A stretch of 49,083 bases of DNA, counting the filler, from Porpidia crustulata (taxonomy: Eukaryota): the NCBI GenBank assembly GCA_964255105.1. It is 2 parts of 2 records of this genome, joined end to end, with 100 filler letters (N's around TTAATTAATTAA, not from the genome) between each part and the next. Parts side by side here need not be neighbours in the genome. Positions count along the whole stretch, not along the records: positions 24,599 to 49,083 come from CAXUWE010000058.1; 1 more part is not named here. One strand, given 5' to 3'. Within the stretch, counting starts at the first letter, position 1; every line of letters starts with the position of its first letter. The notes beneath the pieces are model-generated. The model did not search any database, had not been told where the DNA came from, and saw nothing but the letters and a program-made list of their open reading frames with translations. Positions 26,662 through 37,601 of the stretch are shown here, one piece after another. A program made the position numbers and the translations under genes.

Positions 26662-27561
26662 GATTGACCAGGAGTTGGAGCCAACTAAGAGCACGAAGAT
26701 TGTTCTCTAGTAATAAAGAGCTATCAAGTTATTTGATCAATGCGTTGGGTACGTGGAACGCATGGGACGATCGGTCATTCAAAAAGCAGAAGCATTTCGT
26801 AAGCTTGATGAGACACTCCAAACTCCGATTTACTAAAGATCTATGGAGCTGTCGGAACCACAATCGCTAAGAGGCACTATCTCCAGATCTAGGTGAGGTG
26901 GTTTACCTAGGTATCCACGTATCCTAATGCGGGCCTCTCTCTTTTCTCGGCCGCTACGTCATCGAAGCCTCTAGCCATCTCTGTATTAGCGTCATGTCTT
27001 GCCTCCCACCTCCTTTCCTCCTTTCCTCCATTTCATTGCCATTCAAACCTGTCTCGGAACAACAATCTATAATAGCCACTACTATTGTAGTACGTCCACG
27101 ATGCTGGCCATCTCATGTCTACTTGAATGAGTAGATTATGTCAAGAGCTCTACCTATAACTTGTCTCGTGACAGCTGAGCTTGACAAGTTTTCCTTTGGT
27201 ACGACAAACTGGGCTGGACGTTGGCCAAGCTTCAGCTGCCGTAGGTACACCGAAGAGTTTTGCGCAGTGACTGTAGCTAAGGGTCGCTCAGCTGGGGGGA
27301 AGGTAATTTGACAATGTCTCAATTTATCAAATGGTCATGGCTCCTACGACTCGATGGAAATATCTTTGAAATTACGTTCAAGGCTATTAGATTTATGAGG
27401 TATCAAAAATTCTATATATATACATGACAGCCCTGTACATTTTGCTATTATGAGATTCTCAACATAAGATACCCATCACATCAGCTCTTAATATGAGAAT
27501 TCGTCAAGTCTGTCTGATTCCAGAACCAAACTTTTTATGCTGCAGAGTACCAGTACTCGGT

Positions 27562-27998
27562 CAAGTCTCCAACATCAGCGTGTGTCCGCCACCACGATCG
27601 TACTGCATCCCTAGAATTTCGGCGTCTTCTTTCTGAGCATCATCGTTTGCATCGCAGCTGTCGGAATCGGGCCGAGTTGGGAGTTCTATGTCCCTCGATT
27701 GCGGCATTTCTTCGCCATTGGCTATATTCTAAAACCAGTCTTGGGGAATAGAACATATTCGATTAGTATGGCCGTCCTTACCATCATCAGAGAGTCACTA
27801 GGCTTCCTAACACTTCCGAAGACGATACGCTCGCTACGCTTGCCATACGGTGACCATGCCGATCAACAAGGCTGATATCCCGAAAACGACGGTCGTTATG
27901 GTACCGCTTGAATCTGTCGGATTAGAAGTGAGCACCGGAACTGTCGTGAACGTATAGTTGTTGCCAATAGGCATTCCCAGCCGGGTAAGCGGCGCCAT
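27562..27998 (-). pseudogene. Probable decayed gene for a small single-TM protein
   Basis: ATG at 27998 gives MAPLTRLGMP...GTITTVVFGISALLIGMVTVWQA*RAYRLRKC*EA*, a hydrophobic helix followed by a basic tail broken by three TAG stops. A GTAAGG donor at about 27781 and a TTAG acceptor at about 27729 precede an acidic open segment. Confidence 0.4.
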
Positions 27999-28653
27999 AT
28001 TCGCCCCTTTCCTGGAGTGCAGAGTGTTACTTTCTCGGACGAAGAAAGTTCTGCGAGGAAAATGGGGAGGTTTGACGCCCTATCCTAGTTGAGGGTCGGG
28101 AACCTTATGATAAAAGGATTAATTGATGCTTTCCACTAGATGGATTTCCCTTACACGACCGGCCGTTGCATTATCGCCAAGATCAGTTAGGCCAGATCTA
28201 ACATCGATGCTGTCAGTCTCGTGATATCGAAGCCTCCATTTAAACTAGCTCACAATATGATGTTCGGAAAGGAACTCATATAAAACTGGGACCCACGGCT
28301 TTATATATAGCACCTTGATATATATAGTGGATTAGTCAAGAACAAAACGCGTTCGCATTTTATGAATGTTGAAGGATAATATATATAATGGAGAGTGTAG
28401 CAGAGAACAAGTGCGAAGGCCCGTTTCTTATAGAAATCAAGACCTCGAAAGATGTAGCGATCAACATTCGCACGCCAAGAAGCACTTCACTTTCGTTGAT
28501 TGAATCGCTTACATTTCGTGATAAAAAATTGAAGATTCGACTTCGTGAAGAAATTTTCTTCACACAGATACACATGCGTATGCAACTATGTATGGAATTT
28601 CACTTCATCTGTTAAGAGAAAGTGCTGAAAAATTATATCTATAGTGAATCGGT

Positions 28654-28844
28654 AAAGAAAAAGTGCGTTTGCAGGTTGAATCAAGGCCAATTCTTTCACA
28701 CGAATACTGCTGGTGCCTAGCAACTGATCCAAAACAGTATTGCAGTAGTGGCCTTGCTGTGGCTTCACCAGACGTCGACCCGCTCCTTCTGCAGCCATCC
28801 GATTTTGCGCAGCTTAATGATGAAGCTTGGAACATTATCTGCGT
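28654..28844 (+). repeat. Diverged direct repeat, copy 1 (partner at 39326-39533)
   Basis: Aligned by eye; shared blocks include AAAGTGCGTT, TCACACGAAT, CCAAAACARTATTGYAGT, TGGCCTTGCT, CGATTTTRCGCAGCTTAA, GAAGCTTGGA and TTATCTGCGT. Confidence 0.85.
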
Positions 28845-30141
28845 CTACGGCAGATATGTCTGATCAACTGTGTATCGTGTCTGTGAGTCCACTGACGGCT
28901 ATATGAATCAGATAACCCATTCCATCAATTTATGATGCGGTGTGATATTGTTTTCACATCCCCCTGCGATATTCTTTTTCCAGACAGCATTTGGACCGCG
29001 TAGGTAGATCTGCTAGAGAGGAGCAAGAAGATGGCTCTATTCGATTCTCTGCAACGTATGACCTCCACTCCCGAGGAGACGTCTAGCTAAACCTCAAATC
29101 ATCCAAATGAAGGTCGTGCGAAGTTTGGTTCGCTCATGTCCATCAACATCAACATCTCAATCCATGCAGCCTTCCATTACAGCAGGGTGTGGCAATGAGT
29201 CACGTCGGTCGCTGCTTGTTTCCGAGATTGGTCGGGTGCTCTCTCATCGCAATCTCTAAATCGACACTTCGATATTTCGTTTTTCCATGATGGCTGACAG
29301 CAATCGACATCATTGTCGCCGTGGAGCTGTGGTAGAGATTTACGCTCCTTTCAGTGCCTGCGCACATCAGACACGTATCCCCCTCTCGATTCTAGTTCCA
29401 CATCGATTCTCCTGCTTTGCAAGCACCCAAAAGACTCACCTGTCACCTCTCACAATATTCAATGCGATCGGATTTGGTATCCTTTTCTTAGATCTTTAAC
29501 GTAGGCTCAAAACGTGTACTCTCACGTTATGGCGTTCAGCAGCTAAGAATATTGAGAGAGACATCAGAGAGGCGCTGTACGGGTCAATCTGTCGCTGCTC
29601 GCTTGTATGATTCGACAACTTGGCCGTAATTGCTTCAGGTCGTCTAGTTTAGCGGCTTCGTCATCACTTTCTGCAGCCATCTGATGGAGGTCTTATTTTG
29701 GATGGTGGTAGTGATAAGATACCATTGCAGGTACCCGAGCCGCTGCTCCCGCTTAAAGAAATAGCGCTCCCGAAGCAGCCGCGGAAGTCGTTCTCTAGAG
29801 GAGTTTTTGAAACTTTTACAATCCGATCCGGTCGGATCCTTTTCTGGTCGGTAACAAAAAGTGAAAGAGCACCATTATGGAGGGTCCATGCCCATCAATA
29901 GACAACAAGTGCACGAATGACGAAAATATCGCCAGCGTGGCTAAATACAAGGCATGAGAACCAACAAATCGTACATATTGATCCATGGAATACCTTTCGT
30001 CATTGAGCGTTCACAGTATTCTTGGCTGGCCGTGAGCTTTTTTGTCACCGGATTATCGGATCTTGCAGGTCTAGCTTATTATTAGCTTTTCCATAGTTCT
30101 TACAAAAATGTCTCTGCTAGGTTCTGGTGAACTTAACATTT

Positions 30142-32481
30142 TCAATTTAGTCGCAAGTTACTCATAACCTGATCACGAACATGACGCTGGAATTGCCAAT
30201 CATCCTTCTTATCTCGGATGCCTCGTGAGAGACATGTTTTGACAGCCCAGGCGTACCTGGACCCCACAGTATGGGCAAGCTTCTTATCGCATAGTCGTAT
30301 AAAGGTATCCCTCAATATCTCTGGATCATTGATGTTTGAGAATGCCTTTCTTTCTGGATCTAACGCATATATTGGACGCCAAAATGCAATTTCGAGCAGG
30401 AGGATACCCTATTAATGATAATCAGAGCCATCTATTTATTGTGATCGGATATCGTCGCTTACTCACCAATGCATAGATGTCATGCTCCCTTCTAAATTTC
30501 ATCGGCCGTCCCCAGCGATCTGGATGAAGGTAGAGGTTGCTTCTCAAATCCCAACTAGCATGCATGAGGCTTTCCGCTGCGGTTGGTCATGAACAGTCGA
30601 AGCCGAGAAGGAAAGGCTTGGAAAGATCAGCCATGTCTTTCGGCTTCTTGTCCGAAGAGTTTTCATCCCTATCAACGCTAGAACAGAAAAATGTCAGGAC
30701 GTTCTCGCTTTTGATATTCTTATGCAACCAGCCAATTGAGTGGAGCCTAACGACCGCGGCAGCCACTTTGTAAGCTAGCTCCACGCGAAGTTCGAGCGGT
30801 ACATTCGGAGTCTCTCGGTAGCATTCTGCTAGGATCAAGTGAGACGAGGCCGAGTACTGCTCGGGAATTGCGTAAATGAATCCTAGGCGAGGCCGGTGTA
30901 AATGCTCACGAACAATGCCTTTTCCAGCTAGGGTGCAGAATATTTCGTCCTTTGGTTCTGCATGCAATGTTGCAACCTTCTCAGCTTGCATAATTGCTGC
31001 TGCGGGTATCTCTTTCGTGGCAATGCCTGTCCGTGCAGAGTCTGGAACTTGGTAGTAGTATTCCACTATCACTTCGACTTCTCCTATCATCCCTCTCCTG
31101 AGTCGTTCTCCGTCCTTAGCAGGATCCTTGAAACGGACCTTCGTGTCCTCGAAAGACTCAGCCTTGGGTACCAGCTCTTTCAGTAACTCAAGTCGCATTG
31201 AAACCCTGTTCGCCAGTCCGGACATCCTGGTTCCTTCTATCGCCGCTAGATTCTGGAGCTGTCTTGGACTAGTATTTGCAATACAGTCCTCAATGGTCTC
31301 TAAGAATGCTTGGCTCTTTCTTTTCAGATTTTTGGTAATCTCAACAATGTAAGCCTCATCTGGTCCCATGGGCGGAATAGGTCTGTCAACCACGGAAATA
31401 AGATCTTCGAAATGATGCACAAGACTCGCTTTCGCAGCAAGCGGGATACACGTTGCATCTACACAATCGTCTTCCAGCTTTTGTTCGCAAAGTCTCTGCC
31501 CGACATGTAGTACGCTCCTCGCTTTCGTGTACGCTTCGCTTATTTCGATAGTGGAAACAATCCTGGGTGAGGAAATAGTCAACCACTGCATTATTCTTTC
31601 TTTCTGTATTCCGCTTGGCTCCTCAAAGAGCGATATGTCCATGCGAAAAGAAGGCGATTGATCACCTTGCAGATGAGCGAACAATTCATTAAATAACACA
31701 AGTTTACGAAGTGTTATACTTTCCCCGGCTATTGGAGCGTAGAATGGTTGTTGTTGTAGGTTGGACTCTTTCTGGAGGAGACGCTTGTACAAGGTAGTAA
31801 TTTCAAAGCTTCCGTATTCCTGTAAATTTTGTCTCATCTCCATCATAAGGGCTTGAGTAAATGATGGATAAACTTGCCCGACACCGGGCGTACGCAATCC
31901 CATTGCAGCGGCAGCTAAGATTTCGACTTTGTGAGAGGCCCGGCTTCTCACGACTTGGCCGGCAAAGCAGCAGTCTAACAGGATCAAGACATCGGATTCC
32001 GCGTCTTCCACAATGGGTTGAATCAAATGCCAGCGGACTGTTGGTCCACCAACCTTTTTTCTATGCATCCAAATTAGACCAGCAATGCTCTCAAATCTAG
32101 TGACAGCAACGAATCGGGCCCTTACGCTGCCCATACCGCTTGCCTTTCTCCCGCTAAGTCTGGGTCGCCATGGCCTGCGTAATAAATTAAAATCAAGTTC
32201 CCAAAGGCTCCATACGTGTAGAGGAAGTCCGATACTGCACGGTTGAGAGAGTCTTGTGGTCTGTCAGTGTGTATGAAAAATAGCTGCACACGATAACCAA
32301 AATCTGTCCTTAGGATTGCAGCAAATTGCTGCACTTCTGCAAGGCAACCAAGATCATCGTCTTGCCACAATAGCATCAACGCCGTTACCAATTTGTAATA
32401 TCTTCCCCTTTGTGGTCGATACTGCCTCAGTCGCGCTGTTAGATCTGCTTTGAGGGAGGTGGTCTCCTTCGATTCCATCAT
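30142..32481 (-). CDS. Caspase-like (clan CD/C14-type) domain + helical linker + pseudokinase; 3 exons; one in-frame TGA at 30587-30589 (possible pseudogene allele)
   Basis: Exons 32481-32126, 32060-30467 and 30408-30142. The dyad motifs are LILIYYAGHG and DVLILLDCCFAG. The C-terminus reads LHSIGWLHKNIKSENV, PFLLGFDCS*P, NLYLHPDRWG, HDIYAL|GILLLEIAFWRP and GSRYAWAVKTCL, the pattern of fungal HeLo-associated kinase-like domains. Confidence 0.8.
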
Positions 32482-32696
32482 CCCTAATACTCTCGATTGT
32501 TGATGTTGAAGTCCTTGGAGTATGCTGGTAGGTGCTAGCTACTGGCAAGGCTGATAGCCTAGCTGCTCGATACTTTAGGGTTAGGGCTTGGTCGAATAGT
32601 GTGTTGGAAAAGTAGAGTACAGTTCTTTTCAATACTTTTTTCTCACGTAGTGTCGCAGGCTATAGATGCTTTAAGATATCTATCTCTAGTATTCCA

Positions 32697-35600
32697 ATGG
32701 CTTCAAGCATCATTGCTACCTCCGTGGATCGTCAAAGTCAATGGTGGTCAGACCTGGACACCTGGAAATCTCACGCCAACCCTATTGCATCTCCTAGAAT
32801 TACCCCGTATTGGGACTTCCTACTTGCTGCCGCAAGTTCTAAATCCGACTTTCTGACACTCTCGGGTCTCGGCCTGTACTCCGATAGGTATCGCACTGCT
32901 GGTGCTGGAGCTACTTGTATCGTTCAGATTGGAAAGACAAGTCGTGGCAAGCTTGTCGCCGTCAAGGTTGACCGTGCAGCGTCACAACCGTTGCAGCGAA
33001 CTGCTCCTGGTCAATACGAACAGACCCTTTCTCAACTCGCAAAGGAATTACGGCTACTGAGCAATGAGAAACTTAGACAGGATCCCTATATCATAGACTT
33101 GCTTGGTTTTGGAATAGAAAGCCTTGGCGGCTCGATTTCGTGCTTCCTGGTCACAGAATATTGCGAGGTGCGTTCCCGTTTTCCGGATTCTCCCAAACCT
33201 TTCTGCAGTGACCATCTTGATCATTTCGAGAAGATTAAAGCCTCTCGCATAGTGTTTCACCCTAGCAAGTACTTTAGAACCTTCCACAGATCGAGCAGTA
33301 GCCTTGACTAATGCTTTATACTCGGCATAGTTAGGTGATCTCAGGCATTTTCTGAAAATGAAATGGCCAGTATCCGTCCATCAAAAGCTTGGTTTTTGCC
33401 GAGACATTGCGCACGCACTGAAATCGTTGCATCGACTGAACATTTGCCACGGAGATGTTAAGTTGGAAAACGCTCTGGTCTCTGCGTCCTCTGTGCACAC
33501 CCACTGGCATCTCAAGCTCTGCGACTTCGGCCATGCACAAATAGGCCAAGGGGACGGCCCAGATACCATGGTAACGCCCACAATTGGCACCCGCTTACTC
33601 TGCGCTCCCGAGTTGTACCAAAGCCAATCGTCGTCTTTGAGAACTATGAGCATCTCACAAGCCATCGCCACAGACATTTTCTCCTATGGTCTCCTGATTT
33701 GGGAAGTCTTCAAGCATGGCGAGTCATTCTTCAATGATGCATGGCTGAAGGATTCCAGTATTCGTCGTGATGGCGCCAACGTAGAAGCGAAAGAAGATTT
33801 CATGCTTACTCTTCACAATGAAGAGCTTTGTGAGCTTGCAGTGAAATCCTTGACTATTCTCATGACTGGAGGAGACAAGAGGTTGGAGCGTATCACTAAG
33901 CTCATCTATAGTACACTCACTTATAATTCTCAACTGAGGCTGACTATCTGCGATCTGATTCCTATTCTGGGAGACGATTCGCACAAAAGGTGACATGATT
34001 CAATCCATCCTCACTTCTACTCAACTAAGAGCAACAGCGACGACTCTGTTTCTAAGGAGAAATTAGACAGGCCAGAGAGTACTCGCCATGATGCTGCCTC
34101 AGCTATGATACAAGCATCATCCATAAGAGAGGTAACGTGTAAATAAGAAATGGTGTTTTCCTGGATCTGCCCTAATTCTGCTAGATCTTCAACTTCGCCT
34201 TTGAAAACAGCTGCTTTGATATGGATAGTATCCCCTTCGCGTTTTGCCAAAACATTATCGAAGACTTGAAGAGAATTGAAAGTAATTCAGACATGACTGG
34301 CTCAGAACGAGCTAAGGCGGATATGCTGCTAAGTGAATGCTACGTTCATGGCATGGGAGTGAGTACAGACTCTACCATGATGCTCTATTGGCTGCATCGA
34401 GCTGCAGTTCTAGGATCAAGAAAAGCTGCTGCATGGTACCACCGTGTCAACATTGCCATCAACGTTTCACCAGCGCAATGCTCAGAGGCTATTGATGGAA
34501 AAGAATTTGATCTTGCGTGGCTAGACTTACCGAGCGAGGGTTATCTTCTAGCACGCATTCGGCATTTTCAACACACTCGAAAGATAGTAACATTAAGGGA
34601 ACGTCAATCTTTTACATCAGGGGGCTTATGTACAGAGATACCACCAAAATCTACGTATCGCTTACCAACGTTCAACGAAGATCAGCAGGATGAGCTGAGC
34701 TTATTACATTTTGCAGCCTTTGCAGACAGTAAGGTGAGTGTCAGCAATCCCACAATCTAGCCATACTGGCAACCCAGCTGTAATGGTGGAGGAGGTAGCG
34801 TCTTTCGCCTCTCATTTGCTGTCCCTAATCTTGGACTGGAAACACCCTCTTTACTGACCACTGGATTCGCCACCAGGCTTTACGTAACCTCGAAATTCGC
34901 GAAACATCCAACACGACAAAGTTTGGACGTAATCTGCTGTTCTATACTTGCTTTGCAGGTGATATAGTCAATCTGCGATACCTGATTAAATGCCAAGGTG
35001 CCCTAGCCCAAGATGATCGTTTTGGAATTAATCCGCTGCACTTGTGCATATTCTTCGATTCAGAAGAAGTTGAAGAGGCTGTGTCTACACTACTGAAGGC
35101 GGGCGCGAACATTGAATCGTCTTCAAACTTCATTTGTTGGGAAGATCATGACATCGGCCTCTTCGGTACAGCAATCGAGTGGGCAGTTCATTGTCGTCAT
35201 CTTCGTCTCGTCCAAGTCCTGCTGCAGCATGGGGCAGCGCTCAAGGGTCTGGATATCGCCGTCAGTCTGTTTTACTACGAAATTATAGACTTCATGCTGG
35301 AGCAAGATGATTGCAGCGCAAGGAAGGAAGAGTGCCTATCGGCGATTCATGTAGTCGACCGATCTTTTCGTCACTGGATTAGTCACGGTAAAGACCACCT
35401 ACATGCGATATCGAGGACTTTTGATGTTCTTCAGAGCCATCGTGTTTCCATTAATAGTCAAATAATAAGGACAGAAGACAGCAACTTGCTCATCAGCGTT
35501 ATTCAAAGCACATGCACGTCTGAGGACTTCGAAACTATCCGACAACTTGTCACTAGAGGCCAGGATATTAAGCATAAAGACGGTATGGGTTATGATCTGC

Positions 35601-36835
35601 TTGGGTGGGCTATCCAAAGATCGGGGCAGGACGAAGCATGGGCTCCAATCTTGGACTTTATCTTAGATTACTTCACCGTCGAGGAATTAGAGGGCCCTTT
35701 CGTTTCTGAGGAATCATATCTTCATTATGCAATCATCTCAGATAGCGTCGGTGCCAAAGCTCTCCTCCGCAAAGGCGTGAACATTGACCTAGTCTCAGAA
35801 GATGTGCTCGGCTATACGCCTCTATTGTATGTTGTTGAGGGTGATAAATCAGGTGAGATGATAGATCTACTCTTAAGTCATGGCGCGAGCATTGAACCTG
35901 CAGGGCTTTTGAGACAGACCCCGCTTGAGACAAGACTCTCAGGTCTTCAGCGTACTGGCCAATCAGTTGACAAACTCCTAGAGCATTACTCTTTAAACCG
36001 TCTGTGCGTACGTAGCCTTCATTCTACATTTGAACGCGTCATTGGGGGTCAAGAAAGGCCGGATAGAACCCGGGATGACTGTCTTGAAGGTTTTCGACAT
36101 ACTATTGGAAACCCATCTGTCCGAAAAATCCTCGATGAGCCAGATTCAACCGGTCCGGAAGGCTCGCTCTTGCACAAAGCTGCATCACTGCTGCAGCCAT
36201 ACCTGGTGCAACTACTCCTAGAGGCTGGGGCCGATGTAACACGGACAACCAGAACCGTTCTTGGGGATCTCAATGCATTACAAATTGCTGCAGAAAATGC
36301 AAGGGCATTATGTTATTTGAATCTGAGTGGCCCTTTGCAAATCCACGGCACACTTGGGAAATCCAGGCAAGGTGCGTTTCAGGTGGCTTACATGATCCTC
36401 AGCGAGCATCAATCACAGCAAGATATCGCGTTTCAGGGTATCAGTCCACTCCATCTTGCTGTAAAAATAGGTGATCTCGAGAGTGTTCAAAATTTGATCG
36501 CTTCACATCCAGAAGCTAAACAAAAATTGGGTCGGTGGCCTGGCTACCTACACAAGGTAAAGCCTTGTGATCTGATCAGCTATCGTTATAGGATCATCAA
36601 TCCCTACTTGACTCTATCTGAGATTCAAGAAGCTCCGAATCTCTCACAGCCTCAGTTTCGCTTTGAAGGGTCTATTCAGGAGTTGAATAAAGCGATGCAG
36701 GAACATCCGACAAGCTTTCAAGACATAATCACTGAAGGTGAGGAGATCAATGGAAACCCGATCAAAGTGTGCTATTCCTGGCGACGCGTTCTTGAACATA
36801 TAACGAAAATTTGGGACTTGGTGAAAGTTGAGTAG
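32697..36835 (+). CDS. Ser/Thr protein kinase + SEL1-like repeat + ankyrin-repeat protein, about 5 exons
   Basis: Exons about 32697-33167, 33331-33989, ~34030-34130, 34185-34733 and 34877-36835. Kinase motifs are GAGATCIV, VAVK, KELRLL, HGDVKLEN, KLCDFG, APE and DIFSYG. SEL1-like segment: LSECYVHGMGVSTD...YWLHRAAVLG. Ankyrin motifs include GINPLHL, GYTPLLY..LLLSHGA, LLHKAA..LLLEAGADV and SPLHLAV. Confidence 0.85.
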
Positions 36836-37601
36836 CCGCTCGCCTCATAAACCTAGGTCTCAAAAAATAAGTATGCACATCCCATAATTGGAAACCCTAC
36901 TCAAGAATGAGCTTCGATGTTGACTTTCAGAGGACCAAATGCCACCTTGTTTAGCTCAGAGAACTAGCGTCTCTACGCAAGAAGCGTGCTTCAACTCTCT
37001 CTGAGTAGACTGCGCCAGTAGCTAGGTCTTTCAACTCGAAGTGATGATTCGGCAGCGCCATAGTGATCTGGAATGGACCCAAAGCAGCTCGAAAGGAGGG
37101 TTTAAGGATGTATACGGTTTCTCCGATTTCGAATGGGAACTGTGTTAATATTTAACACAGCTGGATCTTTAACAACAAGACTAGAGTCTCGTACATCCAG
37201 AGGCACAGAATATTTGGCAACATATGATCTCCAATCGATGTCAAAATCCTAATTGCGGATCAAAGACAGATCGCGAACAGCATGTTGGGAGATTACTACT
37301 TCATCTGATGTATTCATTTGATTCGCCTTCGACGACGTGGAGCTCTTAGGTGTGTTTTCGGTAGACTTCTCCATAGCGATAAAGCTAAAGTTTGATGGCA
37401 CTGGCAAGACGAGACTGGAATGAAATGTTATGAAATCTAGCATAAACGGTGCCGGGGCGCAGAGTGAACGTCGTACAGCCTGACCCCACCTGATACAGTT
37501 TCAGGCAGTAGTCTTAGCTGGTGACGTGGCAAGCCCGGTAAGCACGCCGAATGGCCGATGGGAATTGGTTTCATGCAGGCCAGCGTGCTCCATGATAGAA
37601 G

